DNA of 59,310 bases, the filler included, from Trypethelium eluteriae (lineage: Eukaryota): the NCBI GenBank assembly GCA_051942245.1. It is 4 parts of 4 records of this genome, joined end to end, with 100 filler letters (N's around TTAATTAATTAA, not from the genome) between each part and the next. Parts side by side here need not be neighbours in the genome. Positions count along the whole stretch, not along the records: positions 1 to 14,787 come from JAVECL010000672.1; positions 14,888 to 29,631 come from JAVECL010000673.1; 2 more parts are not named here. One strand, given 5' to 3'. Below the pieces are notes generated by a model that worked only from the letters and a program-made list of their open reading frames with translations, was not told the origin of the DNA and did no database searches. Positions 11,967 to 22,800 of this stretch are shown piece by piece. Numbering within the stretch: the stretch's first letter is position 1; every line of letters starts with the position of its first letter. Both the position numbers and the translations under genes were made by a program.

Positions 11967-13883
11967 TTAGATTAGTTCAATGGCCTCAAAAGGTTTACAG
12001 AGTTTCAACGCCTGACCACCCATGAAACCATGGACATACGACCCTCCGACGATCTCATATGTTCTTGATCCCGCTGCTCGGAGAATCAGTGGGATACGAG
12101 ATCCGGCTATGATCCAGATTGAATCTTGCTCGTGAAGGGACTCGGATCCGATTCCAAAGAATAGATTTCTTGTCAAGAACGGTCGAAGATTGGGTGAATG
12201 TGAGAACAGAGTTTCGTACTCTTCTGCTTCCGTCATATCTTGGTGAGCGTCCTGAAGAACGATTTTGCCCAAAGAATCCACGTCTTGTGACAGAATTTTG
12301 TGGACTTTTGACAATAAAGATTTATCAACATGCTGTGCTATCTCATCTAGTCTTGTATGAAACCAGGACAGGAATGCATTGCCATAAGCCGGTGGCGCCG
12401 GATGAGCCTTCTCTTCTCCCGCAGTGTCTGTGATTAGACTTCTCCAGAGTACTTCCAAAGGGGGCTGACTTGTATGGTACGGGAGTGGCAAAGCACATAT
12501 CATGGCCAGCAGCCGTGGAAATGGTTTCCTTAAGAGAAGATCTTGTTTACTCTCGCTGTTCATGACAATGTCGTCAAGTTTTGTTCCCATCACAGCCAGG
12601 GTTTTGCTTTTCTCATCGATACACAGACTCCTAGGAACATTTCCAGACGCTGAGAATCTGGTATAGCCAGTCACGCCAAGACCAACAGTACGCGAACAGC
12701 TCCAATCGGGAACCCAGGATGGAAGAGCATCAATCGTCCTAAATGCGTCACCCTCAGCCTGCAATAACAAGAGTAGGTCATCCGAGTCTTTCAGGATCTG
12801 TATAGCAGCTAGAGTGTATGTCTCTGCTACAGATCTCTTCCCATAGACTGGAGACAGTTTGTTCTTGCCACTCGTGGACTTGGCAATGACACCAAGAAGA
12901 GCATAGATTTTGTCTCTGGGATCAGAGGCTACGAAACGACGAGCTCTGATTAAGGTATAAAGCAAGGCCTTACTCTCGTCTTTAGCTATTGTCCGCCTGT
13001 TTGCCTCCACCAGATTTGGGAGTGCATGCTTTGATGGGTGCGAGACTACAGCTGCGAATACTCCCCCAGGAGAAAAACACCTTGTCCAGGACGAAATCAT
13101 CAAGAACTTGGATACTTTGACGATGTAATCCCATGGTATCTTATGTTTTCCGCAGATTGCCAGTCTCACTTTAGCTAGTGTAATCTCTTGTATGATCCAG
13201 ACCCTGTTGAAGTAGTTGCGTTGAAGGAACCTCGCTAAAGAATTCCAGGAACTTATACCTCCGCACGGTCCAAGGAGGTGAAGCGCATTTTCGCACGCCA
13301 GCCTTCCCGGAGTGATACTCTTCAGTTCGTCGTCTGATAGGCTCGCCAAGTGCTTGATGAGGCCGAAGCTCCTCTCAGTACTGTTGTCCTCTTCACCAAG
13401 CCATGCGAGAACGAAATTTGCGGACTCGTAGATGGACGCCATCAGTTCGACTTGCTCAGCACGCTCTGAGTCATTGTGTTGATCAATGCAAAGAATGTCG
13501 ATCCACATCGATCTCGAAGCGAGGTCCGGATTCTCAGCTGCTCGGACAAGGAAATTGTAAAGGTTTTCTGTAATGAGAAGGGCATGACTGTTGCAAAATA
13601 TTCGGTGTGTCGGCTCATTGGTCACGCCGCGTTCAGCTTCTTCGTTGGTGGATGGACCCCACGTGTACGATACTGCACAATATTGTGGCTTTTCGTCAAG
13701 ATTGGCCGTCCAGAGCTGGCAAGCGATGCTCTCACCCTGGCGCCTAAAAATCTTCATAAGTCTGATTTCTCTGTGGTCATTGAAATCCAATTCAGAATAG
13801 ATGGCACTCGGTTGCAAAGATGGTAAACTAGGCGGGCATGGTTGCGCACAGAAATCGCGCCGCTGGTTCTCCATCGTGAACAT
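11967..13883 (-). CDS. HET-domain (heterokaryon incompatibility, HET-6-like) protein, intronless
   Basis: YCAVSYTWG, MWIDILCIDQ, EQVELMASIYESA..VLAWLG, YFNRVWIIQE, ASDPRDKIYALLG, LPSWVPDWS, C-terminal YEIVGGSYVHGFMGG. Confidence 0.95.
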   Translation of the reverse strand: MFTMENQRRDFCAQPCPPSLPSLQPSAIYSELDFNDHREIRLMKIFRRQGESIACQLWTANLDEKPQYCAVSYTWGPSTNEEAERGVTNEPTHRIFCNSHALLITENLYNFLVRAAENPDLASRSMWIDILCIDQHNDSERAEQVELMASIYESANFVLAWLGEEDNSTERSFGLIKHLASLSDDELKSITPGRLACENALHLLGPCGGISSWNSLARFLQRNYFNRVWIIQEITLAKVRLAICGKHKIPWDYIVKVSKFLMISSWTRCFSPGGVFAAVVSHPSKHALPNLVEANRRTIAKDESKALLYTLIRARRFVASDPRDKIYALLGVIAKSTSGKNKLSPVYGKRSVAETYTLAAIQILKDSDDLLLLLQAEGDAFRTIDALPSWVPDWSCSRTVGLGVTGYTRFSASGNVPRSLCIDEKSKTLAVMGTKLDDIVMNSESKQDLLLRKPFPRLLAMICALPLPYHTSQPPLEVLWRSLITDTAGEEKAHPAPPAYGNAFLSWFHTRLDEIAQHVDKSLLSKVHKILSQDVDSLGKIVLQDAHQDMTEAEEYETLFSHSPNLRPFLTRNLFFGIGSESLHEQDSIWIIAGSRIPLILRAAGSRTYEIVGGSYVHGFMGGQALKLCKPFEAIELI

Positions 13884-14787
13884 GGTTGCGTTGACAAAGC
13901 GATTTTTGATATTCCCATAATAGACTGTTCCCGAAGAATCATGATGTGAGGAGCTCGTAGAGTATTTTGGGTAGGTAAGTATCGCAACGTCTTGGGAACT
14001 TAGTGTTCCTGGAACATTAGAGGCAGTGGTCCTGGGAGGGGAACATGACCGGTCTTGGAGGAAGTCATCACCATGGGTAAGCCTGAGCCAGCCCGAGCCA
14101 ACCCGAGTGGAGGCTAAGCTGACAGATCCAGACCACGTATTGATCCGAAGTTGTACCGATAGCGGAAAGTACTGCTAACCTGTCAAGGTAAGAAACGTGG
14201 TCATTTTCACCCTCGACAATAGAATCGATTGCACCAAGCACAGGATATAGATCGCCGAACATCAGAATTCCGTCCTCGACCCGCTAAAAAAGCTCGAAAT
14301 GATCAGGAATGGCTGCAATGTGTCCTGGATCTGTTGAAAGTGTGAGATGAATACCTTGTGGTTGGATTATTGGTGTATGAAGGTATCTACCTAGGTAGGT
14401 TTGGGGCTCATTGTACTCTATCGTAGCAGGGTTTCTTCAGCTGCGCTACACCTAATTTGGACTGTCTTAGGCTGACTTCCAGCAAGACCTTGGCTTAAGC
14501 AAGGCTACTGTGTTATCCCATGCGCATCTACATTGTGATCGAGAACACTCCGATCTCTCCATCTCGACAAACCGATTCCTTATTGGCCTCTGATGATGTT
14601 AGACACCGTTTTCGGAGAAAAGGACTCGATTAATTTCTCTGTGTAACCTGAGATAAGGGCTCTATATAAACCTCATCGAAAATGAGGACAGTAAAAAAAC
14701 CTAATTAACTAGTAAAATGAGGACCTACGTAGTAGGTTCGAGAATCTCGCGCATTGACCCTCGTGTAGAGCATAGCGAGATTACGCG

Positions 14788-14887
14788 NNNNNNNNNNNNN
14801 NNNNNNNNNNNNNNNNNNNNNNNNNNNNNNNTTAATTAATTAANNNNNNNNNNNNNNNNNNNNNNNNNNNNNNNNNNNNNNNNNNNN
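14788..14887. other. Artificial contig spacer
   Basis: 44 N + TTAATTAATTAA (14832-14843, stops in all six frames) + 44 N. Confidence 0.97.
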
Positions 14888-16210
14888 CCCTGCCACAACT
14901 CCGACCACTGTATCCACCACCGTATTCCCGCTTCCCCTCCTACCGCGTCCCTCTCTCTCCTCCCTCTCCGCCTGCATCACTCTCATCATATCCTCCCTCC
15001 CCACCTCGCCCTGCCTCCGCGCCACGGCCTCCACCACAATCATCTTACCCCACGACGCCAAAAACTCCTCTTCACTCATACTTGCATAACACCAAGCCTC
15101 ACTGAATGCCGGCAACACCTCCCGGTCCTCCTCCCCTTCCCCTCCTCTACCCCCTCGCCGTCCCCGCCTCGCCTCCATCCGCCTCACCACCTCCTGCCTC
15201 GGCAGCTTATACGGCCACCCCACCTTTACAACCTCAAACCTCGCCGTACACAACCACAGCAACGGCCACGTGAGAACCCACAACTGCAGCACAATGCAAA
15301 CCCAGTACACCCACCGGTTCAGCCGCAGCCGATTCATCCAGTGGTCGCTATACACCACGAACCCCTCGTTCTCCATCTTGATCTCGAAGTCGATTCGTCC
15401 GCGGTAGTTCGTCCCGCCACGCACCATCGCCGTCAGCCGCGACGAGAGCAGCCCCGTGTCCCAGTCCGCGACGTGGCGCGTGAGGCGGAAGGTGCAGGGG
15501 AGGGCGGAGTGCGCGGCGCGGCTGCTGAAGATGTGGCACCAGGTTTTGAGGGCGTGGGTGCGGTCTTCGTCGGGGGTTGGGGGGGCTGCTGTGGAAGGTT
15601 GCTGCTGGGCGCCCGACTCGAGATCGGGCGGGTTGGCGGTGGAGCGATTGGCGCGTTGGCGGAAGAGGGTGCCGCGGTGGGCTTTGGTGTCGTCGGGGAT
15701 GGTGGAGAGGGTGGGCCAGATGGTGCGGAGGTCGCCGAGGAGACCGTGGGTAAGGTGGTGGGTGCAGTTGAGGATGATGTGGAAGTCTGTGACGCGTTCT
15801 CGCTTGGTTTTGCCGTCGCTCTGCCGCTTGTTCTCGAGGTGGTGGCCTTGGAAGTGGAGCATTGGTCGAGGTGGAAACTTTGATTGGTGTTCGAGAAGGG
15901 CACAGAGTGCGTTTGGATCTTTTGAGAACATTGGATCCAGAGTGGTTTGCTTGGCTGAGGTCGCTAGTACTGCATCATGCCATGGAGGAGTCTCTGATGA
16001 CTCTTGATTCGGGTCAGAAAAGATACCTAGTGGGTCAAAAGAGACGGTTCCAGGATTGTCAGTATAGTTCGGAAGGCCTCCGTTGTCAATTTGTTCCTCA
16101 TAAGTATGAAGTGAGACTGCAGAATGCAGTGAAGCAGTCTCTGCCGCTCGTCCTTCACCTACTTCATCTTCATACGAAGGTAGAATTTCTGGCTGGGATG
16201 GATATCCCAT
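14888..16210 (-). CDS. Fungal hypothetical membrane protein, 3' end cut by spacer
   Basis: Long ORF with PPRP..HFQGHH.E, VTDFHIILN, TNYRGRIDF and a hydrophobic segment WVYWVCIVLQLWVLTWPLLWL; runs into the N gap. Confidence 0.75.
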
Positions 16211-17345
16211 GGCTTACAGGCTTTTACTCACAGATCAGAGTAAGGAAAACGGGAAATGGCAAAATTAAATGAGAGAGAGCAGCTTATAACTAAGACACTT
16301 ACGAATGATTATCTGGGACCGAGCTCAATTAGTGTGCATCATTTTGGCCCTCTTGGCCTTCTTACCATAGCTGAAATCCTCCGACGGGTGCCTATTAGCT
16401 GGGGTAAAGGGGCTTGGCGTAGCGCCACCATTAATGCGGGCTCGTATCTGAGCCCAATGCAGGGTGCTATTTGTGGTGCGACGTCAAGTTCCTCAAAATA
16501 ATATAGGTGTGTAAGCAGGGATATTGTCTACAGAGCACAGGCAATGTCGGCAGAATCACTGAACAGCGTGATATCAATCTCTCGCCCGTCCGGGATAAAG
16601 GCTTGCAGCCGTTAGGTATGATCATATGGTTAGAGTAAATCATAGACCAATCGAAAAGTATCGCGAGCTCTGTTGGGTACAGCGTCTTCCAGCGTCTGGT
16701 GTCTACAAGTTGCATGAGTACGGTCTGATTCAAACAATGAAAACCACTGCGTAAGGAGGAAATTTGGAGAATTAAAGAGGAGCTCCTTGGGTTTCGACTC
16801 GCCGAGATTCATGGGCAAATCTCTTGAAAAGGTTTAAACGACTCCGTTAAAGGATATCATAGACGCTAGAGGCAGGAAGATGCTGTAAATTCACTCCTGT
16901 TCAGGAACCAAAGACCGAGGTATTTAATAGCATGCGATCTAAGAATATAAACTATGAAATTCGCGTGATAGATAAAACGTCTAAATTTCAAGGATGACAT
17001 GGCGAGGATCTAGACTTCGCCTTGTAGATAAATTGTAAGGATCAAACCTCAAAGAGTGCGAAAAAAAAAAAAAAAAAGATACCGTATTATAAGCCATATT
17101 TACAGATCGATATATCCGACTTCAATCGCTCGGTTGGCACCGTCCGTGGATCTCAGCATGTGAATCATCAATAGATCCAACCACGGGTGTGAAACCCCAT
17201 GCCGTATCTCCTACGCCTCCGCCATCGTAGAAATTCGGAACCCGTTATTTTCGCCTTGAACGCCGCGGAGACTAAGTGATGAAAATGTGGGTATTTGAGA
17301 AAGAAGAGCAGAAACGAGTAGATTTTGCCTTCAAGGGCTCGAAGG

Positions 17346-18832
17346 TCAACCGAAGAAGTATGGAATCGCCGCGCTGCCCAACAGTTAGCACATGTCGCAC
17401 TTTCATTGATAGAGTCTCCAAGACTTACGCAATAGTGAAAGTTGCAGTCAATCCGATTAGCGCCTTCGATCTGGCCTTCAGCTGTTCGTGTTCCCTCACC
17501 GTTATCTTCGCCTTCTTCTCAGGCCTTGCACTGCTCGATTCTTGGCCCTCTTCTTCAGCTCCGGTGATCTCTTCTGCCTTCCTCTTTCCCTTCCGCCCAG
17601 CTCCCTTACCGCTAACCTTACCGCTATCATTGCTATCGAGCTTTCTCGCCTCCTCCACCATCTCCTTAGCCGTCCGTACCATCTCTTCTGTGTTTTCCGG
17701 GAGTGGTAGATCTGAATTACCCTTTGGCATCTCCACCTTGACTTTCGTGTTTGTGACTTCTTCGCCGTTTTCGGCAATCGCAACGCTCGTTTCTACGCCC
17801 ACCTTGACCTTATCATCGGCGCCGTCGAGAGCGGGCGGGGATTCGGCGATCGCGTCCTGGAGAGCATTGCTTGTTTCCCTAGTGCTGGCGCCGCGCTGAC
17901 TGCCTTTTGGCACGCGTGGCTTGCGTGGACTGGCTATCTTGCGACTTGGGGTGGCGATCTTGGTTGGCGACACAGAGCGCCGAGTGCGAGGGCGCGTGGA
18001 CGTCGACTCTGGCACATCTGATTTGGGTGACTTGGGCGATCCTGCAGTACCATTGACGTTGGTACGCGTATTTTTCGCCATGCGGAAAATTGGAGGACTG
18101 GAGATATTATCGGAGGGGCTTTGGTGGACTGGTTCGGGATCGAGAAGAGCTTGGATCCACAATGTCATGGAATACTCGGTGCCAAGCTCAAGCGCTACGT
18201 TGCCAAAAGCAGTCAGAATGAGCCGTGACGAGTTGTATGCTGTAAGCGTGGAATGTAGGGAGCTTACCCTGATCCGGCGGGATCCAAACATTACCCGCGA
18301 CTTCATCATCTGCCGTCGTCTTCAAGCTCGTGATATACTTCCGCTCAGCAGCCTCCTCTTCAAGTGATGCCCAGGGAAACGCGGCCTTGAACATGCCTGT
18401 CGCACTGAGATAACCGTCACTGCTGCGTCTCTGTACACACAAACGCGTGTTAGTCGGAGAAATTCCGCCGATCGCGACTCACGAATCTCATGCGCTTACC
18501 ATCAGGAAATATGCTTCAGGAAATTTGCGATTAGCCTGCAGCTGGAAAATACCAGTGCCTTTGAGGTCGGCTGGCAGTGGCACGCGAAGATGCGCATAGT
18601 CAAAGACGCCAAGGTTCTCCTTCCTGGTCGCATTCGCTACGCCAACTTGACCGGGTTTCACATCGAGGTTTGTGCTACCAAGGCGACGACGTTCGACGAG
18701 GATCTCCACTGGATTGTGTGTTAGTGTGTGATGCGGAGTTTTCAGGAAGCTGAGGCTGGACTTGCACTGCGGACTGTGCTCAGGCGTGAGAAGCGGGTTG
18801 CGCTTGGAAGGCAGTGTGCGTCTGGCAACCAT
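17346..18832 (-). CDS. bqt4: APSES/KilA-N domain inner-nuclear-membrane protein, Bqt4-like
   Basis: Exons 18832-18766, 18708-18500, 18430-18268, 18194-17429, 17373-17346. FDYAHLRVPLP, YFLMRRSSDGYLSATGMFKAAFPWAS.EEE.AER, GNVWIPP, and C-terminal membrane anchor ALIGLTATFTIAAAIPYFFG. Confidence 0.85.
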
Positions 18833-19855
18833 TGCGAATGTTGGTGATGGACTAGTGGGTGATTGAAGCTGGTGTATTTGATGGTGAGCGGTTCGACTCC
18901 GGGAAATTTAGACTTGGATGCGCCGGCGCGAATTGAGGGTGAGATCCAAGGCCAGTCCCTGGCAAAGAGGATGTCGCAGCACCTAGAGAACCCGATTACA
19001 CAGGTCAAAAGGGAAGCGAGGGCAACTCGATATGGCAAATGTGGAGATGGATCGATAAGAATGATGGTGACGATGGAAGTCGAGCTTATGCGATGAAAGG
19101 GTGGAAGTGGCAGGGTGTCCCCAGCCCATCAGAGCCAGTGTCCGTGTGTCCCTCCACCGCTGAGCTGGCCCGCAGTAGGAAGTGTAATTACCTTAGCACC
19201 TTAGTCTAATACACCCACTCCGTACCTAGACGTATTGGGGCAAGTGGGTGGCTGGGATGAGATGATCGATGGAGGAAGCAGTTGAAGATGGCTGGCATCC
19301 TTCGGTGCTTCCTCTATATTCTGTCTTTCTCAACGTGATCAATGCAATGATGAATGATAAGCACATAGAAAGATTTTCTGCTGCGACTCCGTCTACAAGG
19401 CAAGCTATTGCAGCATAACTAATAGGTGTTCAGCCAACCTCGTTTAATTGCCAACTGCCAGCTCGACGAGATAGTAACCCATCGTGCTCGAGTGGACCCA
19501 TCGCATGTTTCACTCTCAGACGGACTCACATGAAAAGGGTAAAAGCACAACAGGGAGGGAATACCTGTGCAGCATTTGTGAGCAGGGCGTGGCTTGGTGT
19601 TGTCCTTGAAAAGTGCTTAAGATGACTTTCGCTCGCCAAGCGGTGAGCCTCGTCGCACTCGCCTCGTCGCCTCTAAGCACTTCACCAACCCCACCAAACC
19701 CCATTCACTCCCTACCCATATTCTGTACTCTGTGTCCGTATTCTACTCCCGTAATTCTCTTCTGCCCAGCCTTGGCACACAGTCCAACCTGCGCAGCAAA
19801 TTTCTGCCCACACGGTCAACCTCAAATCTCTTGAGCCCGTAGGCTTCTCATCATC

Positions 19856-22800
19856 ATGTCTGCCGACCATCACGAGGACGATCTCGCTGTGGAGGGCACG
19901 GCTGGGTTCAAAGTCGGCGAGAAGAAAACAATCGATGAGTACCAAAAACTAGGTAAGTCATATTGGCTGCACCGGAATTCAAGGAAGAGCATCCACTCCA
20001 TCCTCTGGAGACGCGATAAGACGACTACGATTGGCGCGTGTGATTGGATCTGGATTTTGGACTCTGGTACCGCCCAAAGGTTGCACAACCAACCTAGGAA
20101 ACTTCGACCTACCATCCACCATAGATTATTACTTGACGTGCAAAGTTCCATTTGTTTCCTTGCACTATGACGAGAAAAGCACAATTCTTACTCTCCTGGT
20201 CCACGCCACCCTATTTTGGAGACATTCATCGTTGGCCTTGCCAGCGAACTACTCTTCTGGAAACAATAGAAGGTTCCAAGCTTGTGAAGATGGCTCTCAA
20301 CAGTGAGTGCGGACATTTGCCAAATTGCTAGGAGTCCAACTGATCCCTCTTCTGATCTCTCCTTCGTTCTTCCTGATACCCTCGAAACTCCTTCCTGTCA
20401 ACTTGGGAGTCTTCGTGCCGTAGATCAGACTATATCACAGTGGAAGACGTTGGACCAGAATCTAAATCCTCCATTTATTTTCGAGCTTTACCGGTGTACT
20501 TCTACGTGGACTCATTCTCCAAGTGTTGTTCTACGGCACACCACGATAACATTTGCCAGTGTTAGCTTGGACAGCGATTATACTTGCCTTCGAAATCGAA
20601 CCAGTTGGATTTGTGTCCTTTGAGCTCTACTGGTGGTCCTCCATTGCTTACTCTCAAGGCCTGCGTATCGAATCCACCACATTCATCCGCACACTACAGT
20701 ACCTTCTTGTCTTATAATTTTAACGAGCATCACTACGTTGCGAGCTTGGAAGAGCCGGTCTCTATTTCGGCAGACTAGCTTCCGTCTTGTACAAGACGCT
20801 CGAAAATGGCCCCCAGTACCGATGACCATGCGCAAGATCCAATGCCGGGCCCTTCATCATCCCGTCGATATCGACTTCCAGACCTTGAGCTCGGATCTGC
20901 GGACTTGAAATCGCCGTCGGCTATTGCATCTGACAACCCAGAGAAAGACCAAGCCAATGATTCTTACGTTTGGCATGATGCTCAGGAGGAAATGGCTGGA
21001 AATTCTGGAGACAAACTCAACCGTCTTGCACTTGCTAGACGTCAGACCAAGCTGCCCTTACCCTCTAAAGAAATTCCCGAACATGAGCTTGCACGTTTTC
21101 GGTCCGCACGTTCCTCCAGATGCTTTCACAACGCACAAGAGTTTGACATCATGTCCAAAAATTTCTTTGACAGGCAACCAAGACTCAACCTGAGATACAA
21201 GGCGCCGTCTGAGAATTTGAGAGGCTCGGACGCACAAAGTATTCAGACATTTCAGACCACGCCCAATGCTTATTTCCTTCCAAATGCAATGTCCATTCCT
21301 CCACATATTGACTGGATCACTCATGCCAGAAGGTCCTGTGGACCGGTGCGATCTGAACCTTCTTTATATGAGGGGCTGTCTGCTTCTCAAGGGCTTGACC
21401 ATTTGTCGGACACTGCACTTGCTCAGATGAGTGAATTCCATAAACAAGTCTACCACTCGTTATCGAAGCATATTGCGGAAAAGCAGTCAGGCCCGACAGC
21501 AGGCTCAAACGAATACGATCCTTCACATCAATCCTCAGCCAACGACAATCATCTCAGGAAAGACAGCAGATGGAACGAGAAGCCTCCCTCTCCGTACGTC
21601 CAAGGCGGCCAGCCGATGCAGCAGCCAGGACAACATTCTATGTTGTGCGAGGATCGTATCAACGACAGGACAGTATCGAATTTGGAAGATGCTTCATTTC
21701 CTTTTCCAGAGGCACCTGGTGACCAAAGCTCCTCCAAAGCCGGAAAGCTACCCCTGTCTAACACTGACTCCTCAGAGCAAGCTGCTCGCCAATATTCTGT
21801 TGGTATCGAAGAAGCCACTTCTTCAGTGAACCTAGCGGAAAGCCCCAAAGCTCGCTTGATCCACAATTATCGGCCAACGTATTCACGCTCTTCCAATAAA
21901 TCTTATGACAGGAATTGCTTCAAAGCAGTCGCGGAAGAAAGCCGGGAATCCAATACGCGAAGTGAAGTTGCTGAAGGAAGCGCAACGGATCAGCCAAAAC
22001 TTGTTCCATACGGAACTGCGACTGGATACTTCGCTTATGATTCACGGAAGCCCCCTCGACCAACTATGCATCGCGGACCAGACAGTTCCGGTTCCGCCAA
22101 CAGTTTCAATGCAAAAAAATTCACCTCGAAAGGTGTATATATGAGGGGTGCTCTTGGCGTACCGTCTCACTTGAAGCAATCGAAGCCGAAAAGTGAGGGG
22201 AAAGATTCATCTGCTCCAGACGATGGCGAGCAGCAAAGAGGGACTGACAATGATCAGCCTCCAGATCCTTCTGAAACCAATGCAAGTGCAGTTCCGGCCA
22301 AATCGCCCAAAGGGAAGCCAAAGAAACCAATTGGCATTACTATTGAAGAGCCTAGAGTCAAACCCTCGAAATCTTGGAGGTACTCAGAAGCCTTTACACA
22401 GATGAAGAAGCATGAGGCCGGACTGAGAAAATTGGTTGCGAAGTTGGCGAGAAAGCCCTCAGTAGACGGTAAGCAAAGCACTGACATGGGGTCTAAGTTG
22501 ACCAAGACCCGATCGCCATACCCGGACGAAAACGTCAAGTCTGGGAGGGTCCCTCTTTTAGCTAAGAAGCTTTCTTCCAAAGTATTGAGGAGAAAGAGCA
22601 GTCCGGACTTACAATTACATGTTCACCCGGCAGAGAGAGTTCCGCCACCTCCAAGTGCCAACGATGGAAACGCGGCTTCAGATATCAACAACAACAGCAG
22701 TATAGAGCTCATCCGAATCCGGAGCAAGGACCCTCAAGGACGCCCATGTAAACCCAAGTCCAGAGCATGAGTACTGACGCGTGGTATCTCCTGCAGATCA

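Noticed and set aside
14832..14843. Repeated palindrome TTAATTAATTAA as a biological repeat or recombination site
   Set aside because: Always centred in exactly 44+44 Ns; it is a synthetic six-frame stop linker.
15341..16007. Overlapping antisense and alternate-frame ORFs
   Set aside because: Shadows of GC-rich coding sequence on the minus strand; the same applies to ORFs overlapping the GT, MFS, bqt4 and ABC genes.
17061..17078. Poly(A) tracts (also ~43425-43447) as retro-element tails; (GAAT)n near 11255
   Set aside because: Ordinary simple repeats in 3' intergenic regions, with no target-site duplication or element body.
18841..18912. tRNA gene
   Set aside because: A and B boxes are present, but the acceptor and anticodon stems do not pair.
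20761..20805. Nested ORF as a cassette exon joined to Rho-GDI exon 1
   Set aside because: The CAG at 20773 puts an in-frame TAG at 20776, and the TAG at 20778 gives the wrong frame, so an alternative first exon fits better.
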